Assembly (NCBI GenBank): GCA_030167145.1
Contig: CP126532.1
Span: forward strand, 3,030,001 to 3,062,000
Direction of reading: 5' to 3'
DNA from: Ktedonobacterales bacterium
Lineage (GTDB): Bacteria; Chloroflexota; Ktedonobacteria; Ktedonobacterales; JADMIN01
DNA: 32,000 nucleotides
Part shown: piece by piece, positions 1-7,535 of the stretch
Position numbering within the stretch: the stretch's first letter is position 1
How the letters are laid out: each line of letters begins with the position of its first letter
Translations under genes and position numbers: made by a program
Notes under the pieces: generated by a model
What the model was told of the DNA's origin: nothing
The model's database searches: none
What the model saw: only the letters and a program-made list of their open reading frames with translations

Positions 1-61
1 GAACGCATGTCCTATACTACCCCTAAACCCATGCCACCACGCGCGGTGAGCCACAACACGG

Positions 62-92
62 CGCCGCTCCCCCACCACCCGGAGGAGCGGCG
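62..92 (+). terminator. Candidate stem-loop or terminator of a gene lying upstream of the window
   Basis: CGCCGCTCC (62-70) pairs with GGAGCGGCG (84-92) around a 13-nt loop. It is followed by the T-rich run TCCTTCATTCTCC. No complete ORF lies in 1-96. Confidence 0.3.
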
Positions 93-122
93 TCCTTCAT
101 TCTCCAGCAGAATCGGCAACTT

Positions 123-172
123 TGCTCTCCCCTTCCCTACCTCTGCTCTCCCCTTCCCTGGTAGGGAAGGGG
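123..172. repeat. Direct duplication TGCTCTCCCCTTCCCT x2 ending in a perfect 10-bp hairpin
   Basis: TGCTCTCCCCTTCCCT occurs at 123-138 and 144-159. CCCCTTCCCT (150-159), loop GGT, then AGGGAAGGGG (163-172), followed by TTGGGGGTTAGG. Confidence 0.85.
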
Positions 173-307
173 TTGGGGGTTAGGTCATTGCGGCGAAAAA
201 ATGAAACAGCGGCGAAAACGGCGAAAATCGCAAAAACGAAAAATCGGCAGAATCGGCAACTGCCATCATCTGCAATTGCGAGCATCGGCCATATCGGCCA
301 CTGGTGG

Positions 308-327
308 GGCAGACATTCCTGTCTGCC
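308..327. repeat. REP-like hairpin GGCAGACA-TTCC-TGTCTGCC
   Basis: Perfect 8-bp inverted repeat with a 4-nt loop, flanked by CACTGGTGG / ACTCC. The core CAGACATTCyTGTCTG is shared with the hairpins in the 54-bp tandem repeat at 22710-22729 and 22764-22783. Confidence 0.8.
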
Positions 328-695
328 ACTCCGGCCATATCGGCCACTGCCAATCGCCTGCGAACAAGATTACCCACGGCATTCATGCCGAGAGCTTCCC
401 TCATCATCCGCCTGCCCTTCGCACCGAATCAAAAAATCGGCAGAATCGGCAACTCTGGCAACTGCACAAATCGGCCACATCGGCCATTTCGGCAACTCTG
501 GCAACTGCCACATACGCGAAATCGCGGCGAAAACGGCGAAAAATCTCCCCCACTTCCCGTCATATCCCGTCATTCGCCCCATCCAACCGCAAAAATCGGC
601 CAAATCGGCAACTGCCCCTGTGCGGCCATTCCGGCCACTCCGGCCACTCCGGCCAAGAGATGCGGAGCCAAGGATCGCTTGGTGGCAATGGTACA

Positions 696-3404
696 ATGGA
701 TAGAATAGGCGAAGTGCGGTCATGGGAAGGGATGATGCGGGTGAACGGGGAGGACTTCTTTTCGCGGACGCCAGTGGACCTCGAAGGCGCAACCGACGCC
801 GAAGCCGATGCCGCGCTGGGCGCGCTGCTGCATCTCTACCTGCGCGATAGCTTCGACGAGCACAAAGGCTGCTGGCCGGGCCGCGACGAACACGACACCC
901 TGCGGCGCACCTGCCACGCCGTGGAAGTGCTGCACCGGCTGAACCTCGACGCCGACACCGCCACGATGGTCCGCGCCGGCGGCAACTGGCTCATCAATCT
1001 GCCCGTCTACGACATCCTCTCCCAGGACGACCGCGACCGGCTGCGGCTCTATCCCAGCCGCTTCAAGACACTGGCGTATCTCAAGCGCTTCGACGACGAC
1101 CTCCTGCGCCGCGACTACGCCGATCTGCTGCGCAAAGAAGTCGGCGGCATGGTGCGCGGCGTCACCGAATCGGACGTGCTCACCACCTGCATCGTGCTGG
1201 ATACGCTGGTGACGCTGGAAGAGAACGGGCAGCGCTATCAGGTCTGCTCCAACGAACGCTACGGGCGCATCATCACCGCGCTCAACCAGCAACTTCGCGG
1301 TTGGAAGCCCCCGAGCGCGCATGCCAGCGGCGCGACACGCGCACGGGCGCAATCTGTGGCCACGAGCGAGGCCAGCGCAGCGACGAGCGGCGGACGCAAG
1401 CGCCGCCCCGCGCCGCCCTGCGAAATTGACAACTGGCGCGACCTCAGCTATGTGCTGGGGCTGCTGCTGACGGCGGACCGCACCAGCATCGCGCCGAAGC
1501 AACTGGAGATCGTGACCAACGCGCTCAGCGCGCAGATCAGCGAGCGCACCCGCGCCCACTTCAGCGATCTGGCCCAGGTCCACTACACCGCGCTGCAACT
1601 GGCCGAGCACTTTCGCGGCGAAGAGACGATTCACAGCGCGATCAGCGCACTGCTCGCCGAACTGCGCGCGACCTACGCCACCCCCGACGCGACCCGCCGC
1701 TGGGACTTCTCGTATCACGCGACAGTGATGCGACTGCTGCTGACGCATCACGGCGATAGCGAACTGGCGCGGCGCGTGGTCGCGCGCTATCTGCGCGACG
1801 CCGAGCGCAGGCACGCGGTGGAGCGCGGCACGGTGGACGTGGAGCTGCGCGCGGTGATTCGCGAGCGCATCGAGATCGAGGTCGGGCATGTGATGGAGCT
1901 TTCCGGCGGCTATACCGACGACCACATCTATCGCGTGCCGTTCGTCTATGGGCATCCCGCGCCCGAACAAGATGGCGCGTGGCATCCCCGGCAAGAAGCC
2001 TCCGTGGTCATCAAACGCAGCACCAGCGACGCCTTTCACACCGCCACAGAGAACTATCGCAAGCTGCCGCCCGCCGTGCGCCGCTACTTCGTGCGCCAGC
2101 CGCAGGAGTCGCAGGTACACAAGTCGGGGCTGTCGTCGGCGTACTTCCTCGTGATGGAAGACCTGGTCTCGCTGGCCACCTTCGAGCAACTGTTCAACGA
2201 CTTCGATCAGCGGGCGATGGCCGACCACCATATGCGGCTGCTGCGCCCCGCGAGCGATCTGATCTGCGATGCGGTCTGCGCGCTGTTTCAAGAGGCGCGG
2301 CTTGGGCGCGCGGATTTCCCCGGCCCCCAGGTGGCGCGGCTGTATCTCGCGCCGATGGAGAGCAAGCTGTCGCGGGCCATCGCGCGGGTGACGTGGCTGA
2401 AAAATCCGCTCGACGGCTATACCGTGGCGGAGCAGAAGTATAAAGGGCTGGAACACTATCTGACGACGATCACCCGCCACATGCAGGCGTTGCAGCCGGT
2501 GGCGCTGGGCCTGACGCACGGCGACCTGCACCCGCGCAACGTGATGCTCGACCGCAATTGCACGCAACTCAAATTGATTGACCTGGATAAACTCTCGTGG
2601 ACCGGCGACTATCTGGCCGACCTGGGCAGCCTGCTCGCCGACCTCTGCGTCTTCCGGCGCGTCGCCGCGCCCGACCGCGAGTTTGGTCTGGCGCGCGAGC
2701 GCATTCGCTTCACCGACCGCCCCGAAGCCATCGGCGCGGAGAACGTGGTGGAATATCCGGCGCTGGGCCGCCCGGCGACGGTCGTATTCCAGCAGCACAC
2801 GCTGGCGCGCCTCGCTCGCTTCGCCGATGAGCTGGAAGATCGCGCCTGGCAGGCGCGGCTCTGGCTGGCGACGGCGGCGGGGCTGATCGTGCGGCTGGCG
2901 TTCACCGCGCAGAAAGAGAGTGCGGCGGTGCTCTACGGCGAGGCTGTGCGCCTGCTTGCTGAACTGACGCGCCATCTGGAACAGAGCCAGCCATTGCCGC
3001 CGCTGCTCTTCCCAGAGCAACGCCCCCAGGCCACCAGCCGCACAGAGGGGGAGACAGAACTGCCGGAGTGGGTGACGGGCAGCCAGGCGCTCGCCGCGCT
3101 CCATGATGGGTTGCTGCAACTGCGGCTGCGCCCGCGCGCCGACCGCAACGGCGTGACCTATACCAAGTCCGCTGGTGGCGAGCGCCCACAACTGCGGCTG
3201 GTGCCGCCACGGCGCGAGGGTATCGCGCGGCTGCTGCTCCCCTCCGGCGCGCTAGACGACGTGCCCGACGCGCGCATCAAGATCGTCCGCAGCGGCCAGG
3301 AAGGCGACGCCTTCGGCACGATCCTGATTTTCACGGAGTCGAGCGAGGTGGGCGAGGCGCTGCGGCTGGTACGCCACTCGCTCGCCGCTGCTGTGCGCGA
3401 CTGA
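696..3404 (+). CDS. Large multidomain protein: N-terminal alpha/alpha-toroid-type repeats, central APH/choline-kinase-fold phosphotransferase domain, and an uncharacterised C-terminal domain
   Basis: Frame of ORF 201..3404. I place the start at ATG 696 (MDRIGEV), after the repeat tract; alternatives are GTG 714 and ATG 732. Kinase motifs: ELSGGYTDDHIYRV (Gly-loop-like), VVIKRS (Lys), FLVMEDL (hinge), HGDLHPRNVMLD (catalytic loop), KLIDLD (metal-binding Asp). The N-terminus has two prenyltransferase/terpene-cyclase-like repeat motifs, KGCWPGRDEHDTLRRTCHAVEVLHRL and GGMVRGVTESDVLTTCIVLDTLVTL. Confidence 0.8.
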   Translation: MDRIGEVRSWEGMMRVNGEDFFSRTPVDLEGATDAEADAALGALLHLYLRDSFDEHKGCWPGRDEHDTLRRTCHAVEVLHRLNLDADTATMVRAGGNWLINLPVYDILSQDDRDRLRLYPSRFKTLAYLKRFDDDLLRRDYADLLRKEVGGMVRGVTESDVLTTCIVLDTLVTLEENGQRYQVCSNERYGRIITALNQQLRGWKPPSAHASGATRARAQSVATSEASAATSGGRKRRPAPPCEIDNWRDLSYVLGLLLTADRTSIAPKQLEIVTNALSAQISERTRAHFSDLAQVHYTALQLAEHFRGEETIHSAISALLAELRATYATPDATRRWDFSYHATVMRLLLTHHGDSELARRVVARYLRDAERRHAVERGTVDVELRAVIRERIEIEVGHVMELSGGYTDDHIYRVPFVYGHPAPEQDGAWHPRQEASVVIKRSTSDAFHTATENYRKLPPAVRRYFVRQPQESQVHKSGLSSAYFLVMEDLVSLATFEQLFNDFDQRAMADHHMRLLRPASDLICDAVCALFQEARLGRADFPGPQVARLYLAPMESKLSRAIARVTWLKNPLDGYTVAEQKYKGLEHYLTTITRHMQALQPVALGLTHGDLHPRNVMLDRNCTQLKLIDLDKLSWTGDYLADLGSLLADLCVFRRVAAPDREFGLARERIRFTDRPEAIGAENVVEYPALGRPATVVFQQHTLARLARFADELEDRAWQARLWLATAAGLIVRLAFTAQKESAAVLYGEAVRLLAELTRHLEQSQPLPPLLFPEQRPQATSRTEGETELPEWVTGSQALAALHDGLLQLRLRPRADRNGVTYTKSAGGERPQLRLVPPRREGIARLLLPSGALDDVPDARIKIVRSGQEGDAFGTILIFTESSEVGEALRLVRHSLAAAVRD

Positions 3405-3467
3405 TCTGGTATGCGTTCTGCATAATCTGGGCGGATGCGGGCGGCAATCGGGCGAGGAGGCGCGGAC

Positions 3468-4322
3468 ATGAGCGGCAGCGGTACACGGATTGTGGTGGAT
3501 AGCACGGCGGACCTGGGCGACCTGGCCCGCGAGTGGGGCGTGACGGTGGCGCCGCTCACCGTCACATTTGGCGACGACTCGTTTGCCGACGGCGTAGACA
3601 TCACGCCGCGCGCTTTCTTCGCAAAGCTGGCCGCAAGCCCCACGCTCCCGACCACCTCGCAGCCCACCCCTGGCGCGCTGGATGCCATCTATCGCGGGTT
3701 GCTTTCAGAGGGGGCGAGCGGCATCGTTTCGATTCACGTCTCGGCCAAGCTCAGCGGCACGTATGGCACGGCGGCTCAGGTCGCGCAGATGCTGCGCGAG
3801 TCTGGCGTCACCACGCCCATCGAACTGGTGGACTCGGAGCAGGCGTCGCTCAGTATGCAGTTCGGCATCCAGGCTGCGGTGGAGGCGGCGCGCGCTGGCC
3901 AAGATGCCGCGACGGTCGCGGAGCGCGCCCGCGACGTCTTCGCCCGCTCGACGGTATTCCTCGTCGCCGACGATCTGGGCTATCTGCGCCGGGGTGGGCG
4001 CATCGGCGCGGCCCAGCGCGTGGCGGGCGCGCTGCTCAGCGTGAAGCCGATCATCACGCTGCGCGACGGGGTGGTCGTCGCCTTGGAGAATCCGCGCACC
4101 CGCCGCCGGGCATACGAACGGCTGGCGGAGCATGTCCGCGAGATGGCCCCCGTCGAAGCGGTGATCGTCGGCCAGTCCACGCAGGAGTATGGCGACGAGC
4201 TAGAAGCCGCCGTGCGCCAGGTCTATACTGGCCCGATGCGCCGCATGTGGCCTGGCGCGGTCGTCGGCACGCATGTCGGCCCCGGCGCGGCTGGCCTCGC
4301 CGTGCTGCGAGCGCGTGGCTAG
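3468..4322 (+). CDS. DegV family fatty-acid-binding protein
   Basis: RIVVDSTADL..., TSQPTPG, SIHVSAKLSGTYG and GYLRRGGRIG are typical of DegV. The SD GAGGAGG (3454-3460) lies 7 nt before ATG 3468. The upstream part of ORF 3435.. has no SD. Confidence 0.9.
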   Translation: MSGSGTRIVVDSTADLGDLAREWGVTVAPLTVTFGDDSFADGVDITPRAFFAKLAASPTLPTTSQPTPGALDAIYRGLLSEGASGIVSIHVSAKLSGTYGTAAQVAQMLRESGVTTPIELVDSEQASLSMQFGIQAAVEAARAGQDAATVAERARDVFARSTVFLVADDLGYLRRGGRIGAAQRVAGALLSVKPIITLRDGVVVALENPRTRRRAYERLAEHVREMAPVEAVIVGQSTQEYGDELEAAVRQVYTGPMRRMWPGAVVGTHVGPGAAGLAVLRARG

Positions 4323-4858
4323 CCCTGCTGCGCCGCCTGCACAATCTTGGCGGTGGTGTGGAAGAAGCGGGTGGTCACGCTGCCGCCGAGCGGCTTATCG
4401 GGGAAGCCCTGTGAAGCGGGTGGCCTGCCGTTGAGGATGTACCAGATGACAAAGGCATCGTAGTCGGTGGTCTGGATGATTTCCATGTCGCGCTTCGGCG
4501 ACCAGAGCGGCAGGGCGAGGTCGCGCGGGATGGGCTTCGATGCGAAGGCGATGCAGAGCCGCATATCCGGGGTAACATCCCGGTCCTTGAAAGGGTCGAG
4601 CGCGAGGAGATGCTCAATCTCTGGAACAGTGCGCAGGCAGACGGGCACAGCGTAGCCGAGGGCGGCGCGCAGATGCTGCTCGATGGTCTGCGTCAGCGCC
4701 GCGCGGTCCGCTTCAGCGGCTTCGAAGAAGACGTTGCCGCTCTGGATGTAGGTGCGCACGTTGCCGAAGCCGAGTTCGGCGAAGAGTGCGCGCAAGCGCT
4801 CCATCTTCACGGTGTGGCCGCCGACGTTGATGCCGCGCAAGAGAGCAATGTAGAGCAT
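4319..4858 (-). CDS. DUF1697 domain protein
   Basis: MLYIALLRGINVGGHTVKMERLRALFAELGFGNVRTYIQSGNVFF is the hallmark DUF1697 N-terminus. ATG at 4858 has the SD GGAGAAG upstream. Its stop overlaps the DegV stop at the CTAG sequence 4319-4322. Confidence 0.85.
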   Translation of the reverse strand: MLYIALLRGINVGGHTVKMERLRALFAELGFGNVRTYIQSGNVFFEAAEADRAALTQTIEQHLRAALGYAVPVCLRTVPEIEHLLALDPFKDRDVTPDMRLCIAFASKPIPRDLALPLWSPKRDMEIIQTTDYDAFVIWYILNGRPPASQGFPDKPLGGSVTTRFFHTTAKIVQAAQQG

Positions 4859-4883
4859 GTCTTCTCCGTTAGTAGACGATGGA

Positions 4884-5117
4884 TTAGGCGGTGGCGGCAA
4901 AGCGGCGTGGAGTGGGCAGTGGCGCGCCCTTCTCTTGCGCAATGTCTACGAGATCGGCGAGCACTTCCTCGCCATTCTTTACCGCTTCCTCGTAGGTAGC
5001 GCCATGGGTGCGCGCGAAATACATCCCGGTTGCATCCCACTCAGGGAAGCTAACCACATATGCCTGGTCTTCATCGGACCACTCGATAACCATTGAGTAG
5101 CGCGGATATTCGCTCAT
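4884..5117 (-). CDS. HicB-like antitoxin-fold protein (UPF0150/HicB_lk type)
   Basis: YSMVIEWSDEDQAYVVSFPEW...THGATYEEAVKNGEEVLADLVDIAQEKGAPLPTP matches the HicB-like pattern. No HicA-sized partner ORF is adjacent. Confidence 0.7.
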   Translation of the reverse strand: MSEYPRYSMVIEWSDEDQAYVVSFPEWDATGMYFARTHGATYEEAVKNGEEVLADLVDIAQEKGAPLPTPRRFAATA

Positions 5118-5142
5118 GGCTGCCCTCTCTTATGGTGCGAAG

Positions 5143-5566
5143 TGGGTCTGAGGTGGCCGTAAGCCGAATTCTGTCCGCTGGCGCCTCGCGGCGCGCAGCG
5201 TGGCAATCATCTTTCTAGGACGACGGTTGCCCGCCGCCTCAAGCAGCCAACCCGGGGGTAAACAGGCGAGCCACCCGCGGGCAGGCGGACAATGCCGCCT
5301 ACCACTCCCCCTGTCTGGCCTTGCTCCGGATGGGGTTTACCTCAGCCGGCCGGTCACCCGACCGCTGGTAAGCTCTTACCTCACCATTTCACCCTTACCT
5401 GATGCTCGACAAGCGAACACCCGGCGGTATGTTTCTGTGGCACTGTCCTTGGGGTCGCCCCCACTGGCCGTTAACCAGCATCCCGCTCTGTGGAGTTCGG
5501 ACTTTCCTCGGACACGAAGCTGCTCATCGCCGCCCGCGCCCGCGATTGCCTGTCCACCTCAGGCCC
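5143..5566 (-). ncRNA. rnpB: RNase P RNA, bacterial type A
   Basis: The minus strand carries the universal blocks GAGGAAAGTCCGAACTCCACAGAGC, ATCAGGTAAGGGTGAAATGGTGAGGTAAGAGC, GGTAAACCCCATCCGGAGCAAGGCCAGA and ACAGAATTCGGCTTAC. P1 pairs GGGCCTGAGGTGG (5' end) with CCACCTCAGACCC (3' end). P2 pairs GGCAATC with GATTGCC. Ends are good to within a few nt. Confidence 0.95.
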
Positions 5567-5581
5567 ACTCGCACCTCCCCT

Positions 5582-5590
5582 AGTATATCA
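5582..5590 (-). promoter_or_regulatory. Extended -10 element (TGATATACT) upstream of rnpB
   Basis: The minus strand reads cgTGaTATACT about 15 nt upstream of the P1 5' strand. No convincing -35 was found. Confidence 0.4.
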
Positions 5591-5669
5591 CGCCGCCGGA
5601 CGCCCCTACGGTGGCGCGTGGCATAGTGGGAGAGGGGACCGATAGAAGAGTAGAGCTTGGAGCACGCAG

Positions 5670-6161
5670 ATGACCTGGGCTGATCTGGAATGGCCCGATC
5701 TCTCGCCGGCATTCCCTGAGCCACGGCCCAGCATGCCCGCACCGGTTCGCCCCGACGCGCCAGCGGATGTGGCGCAGCGCGTGCGGCGCGCGGAACGGCA
5801 GCGCGGCGTCTTCGTGCCGCTGTGCATTCTAGCGGGCGCAGCCATCTTCGGCGTGGGCATTGCGCTATATGCGAGCAGGCCAGGGCTATCCGTGCCACTG
5901 GGGGCGCTGGCGCTGTTGCTGGCGGGGTTGCTGGTGGCGACGCTACTGCCCGCGCTAGTAGTGCTGCTGGTCATCGGTCCGACGTGGCCGCAACGTCAGC
6001 AACACTATGCGCTGCTGCGCTGGCAAGCTGAGCATGCGGCGTGGCTGGCGCGCGAACGCGAACGCTATATGGCGGCGCTGCCAGCGGATGCGCGCACAGC
6101 ATTCGCGGCGATGGTCACGGATGCGCGGGCGGATAGAGGATCGGCAAGAGAAGGTAGGTGA
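5670..6161 (+). CDS. Hypothetical membrane protein (2 predicted TM helices)
   Basis: ORF with hydrophobic stretches VFVPLCILAGAAIFGVGIALYA and LALLLAGLLVATLLPALVVLLVI. GGAG lies upstream of ATG 5670. No family was recognised. The 3' end overlaps the convergent TauE gene by 47 nt. Confidence 0.45.
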   Translation: MTWADLEWPDLSPAFPEPRPSMPAPVRPDAPADVAQRVRRAERQRGVFVPLCILAGAAIFGVGIALYASRPGLSVPLGALALLLAGLLVATLLPALVVLLVIGPTWPQRQQHYALLRWQAEHAAWLARERERYMAALPADARTAFAAMVTDARADRGSAREGR

Positions 6162-6918
6162 CGAAGAAGTAGACGGTGAGGGCGGAGCCGACGACGATCA
6201 CGAAGATGCGGATATAGCGGGGGTCTATGCGGCGTGCGAGCGATGCGCCACCGTAGCCGCCGATCATCGCCCCGACCGCCATTAGCAGCGCCTGCGGCCA
6301 GAACACGGCGCCCTTGACGATGAAGATGACGGCGGCGATGCCGTTGATGCAGCCAGCAAGGACGGTTTTGACGGCGTTCATCTCGTGCAGGTTTTCCATG
6401 CCGGTCAGCGCGAGGCCAGCAAGCATCAGAATGCCGATGCCCGCGCCGAAATAGCCGCCATAGATGGCGATGATAAATTGAAGTAGCCCGACGCCGACAA
6501 GCAATAAGCGCGATGAGGTGGCCGTGGTGGTGAAACGGCGGCGCAGGCGGGTGGTGATCTGCCCACCGAAGGCGAAGAGCAGGGTTGCCAGCAGCATCAG
6601 GAAGGGAATCATCTGCTCGAAGGTCTTCTGCGGCGTGTTGAGCAGGAGCAGCGCGCCCAGGACACCGCCGAGCAGACTGATGGCGACGAGGGGGAGCAAG
6701 ACACCGCGATACGAGGCGAGTTCCTTGCGATACGCGCCGATGCTGGCGAGCACACCGGGCCAGAGGGCGACCGTATTGGTGGCGTTGGCCTGGATGGATG
6801 GCACACCGGCGAGCAACAGCGTGGGGAAGGTGAAGAAACTACCGCCGCCAGCCACAGAGTTGAGCGCGCCCGCCAGCAGCGCCATAGCGAAGAGAAATGC
6901 CCCTTGCGGCAGTGTCAT
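6115..6918 (-). CDS. TauE/SafE (DUF81) family anion exporter
   Basis: LLAGALNSVAGGGSFFTFPTLLLAGV, a repeated GGxxG-rich 8-TM pattern, and the second-half motif GGYFGAGIGILM. Confidence 0.85.
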   Translation of the reverse strand: MTLPQGAFLFAMALLAGALNSVAGGGSFFTFPTLLLAGVPSIQANATNTVALWPGVLASIGAYRKELASYRGVLLPLVAISLLGGVLGALLLLNTPQKTFEQMIPFLMLLATLLFAFGGQITTRLRRRFTTTATSSRLLLVGVGLLQFIIAIYGGYFGAGIGILMLAGLALTGMENLHEMNAVKTVLAGCINGIAAVIFIVKGAVFWPQALLMAVGAMIGGYGGASLARRIDPRYIRIFVIVVGSALTVYFFVTYLLLPILYPPAHP

Positions 6919-6967
6919 GTACTAATATACCTCACTAGACATAACAAGCGAGTCTTAGAAAACGTGG

Positions 6968-7312
6968 CTAGAAAACGTAGCGCGGCTCGATTGGAGTTTG
7001 CATCCAGTGGCGGCCACAGTGCGCGCAGGTATACATGCCATCCACGCTGGCCGCGTCAGCCGCGGCGCCCACCGCGCCTGCTTCTAGCCGTACCGGGGCC
7101 GGACGCGCGGAATCCTCATGCGGTGGCGCTTCGGTGGCGTCGGACGTGTCTTCGCGCGACTGGTGGTTCGTGTCCATCATCTGCATCATCATATCGAGGA
7201 TTTCGTCCGATGCGTTCTCCCAATCTTCCGGCGCGATAAAGACACTGCTGAGCGGAACATAATCACCCTGCTCCACGATCACAGCGCCGCAGAGACATCG
7301 TAGCTTCGCCAT
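6968..7312 (-). CDS. Hypothetical protein with split Cys pairs (CLC ... CAHC) and an acidic linker
   Basis: ATG 7312 (MAKLRCLCG) is preceded by the SD GGAAGAGGAGAAG. The C-terminus has YTCAHCGRHW. The longer start at 7357 lacks an SD. No family was recognised. Confidence 0.5.
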   Translation of the reverse strand: MAKLRCLCGAVIVEQGDYVPLSSVFIAPEDWENASDEILDMMMQMMDTNHQSREDTSDATEAPPHEDSARPAPVRLEAGAVGAAADAASVDGMYTCAHCGRHWMQTPIEPRYVF

Positions 7313-7535
7313 GCGCTTCTCCTCTTCCCGTGTCACATCGTACCGCGCTAGACTCACATGCGCAAGGGGCTGCTGAGTATATCCCTGCTCTCGGCCAGCA
7401 ATGGCCGGAGCACAGCAGCGGGGGCATGAATGCCAGGGCGGGCTAGGAGTGGGAGGGTATGATAAGAGAACGAGATACGGCTTTCGGGGATATGCGCGCG
7501 GCGCCAGAGCGCTGAAATAATAGAAGGAGACAGCG

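Larger units (their letters stand above)
97..690. repeat. Repeat-dense non-coding tract: short tandem duplications with 9-nt period plus a thrice-repeated 26-nt word
   Basis: Adjacent near-identical nonamers include AATCGGCAG/AATCGGCAA (241-258, 436-453), ATCGGCCAT/ATCGGCCAC (284-301, 334-348), GGCGAAAAC/GGCGAAAAT (210-228, 526-542), CCATTCCGG/CCACTCCGG/CCACTCCGG (626-652) and TCCCGTCATA/TCCCGTCATT (556-575). The word AAAAATCGGCmrAATCGGCAACT(ctggcaact)GCC occurs at 239-264, 431-465 and 591-616. All six frames are open and give low-complexity translations, which argues against coding. Confidence 0.8.

Noticed and set aside
239-616. Possible CRISPR-like arrangement of the three 26-nt words
   Set aside because: The intervals of about 130-170 bp are too long and are themselves made of the same short repeats.
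97-792. ORFs 122..703, 304..708, 97..285(-), 180..407(-), 370..792(-) and the first 165 codons of ORF 201..3404
   Set aside because: All six frames are open only because the repeat tract lacks stop-forming triplets. The translations are low-complexity echoes of the DNA repeats (KIGRIGN, GHSGHSGHSG). No SD was found, and the protein-like sequence begins near 696.
720-3191. 823-aa minus-strand ORF
   Set aside because: It is an antisense shadow ORF of the kinase gene. It is Arg/Ala/Gln-rich with no motifs, which is typical of high-GC DNA.
5200-5974. ORFs 5200..5583(+), 5402..5626(+), 5524..5898(-) and 5606..5974(-)
   Set aside because: They overlap the RNase P RNA gene or its flank. The RNA assignment is supported by universal conserved blocks and P1/P2 pairing.
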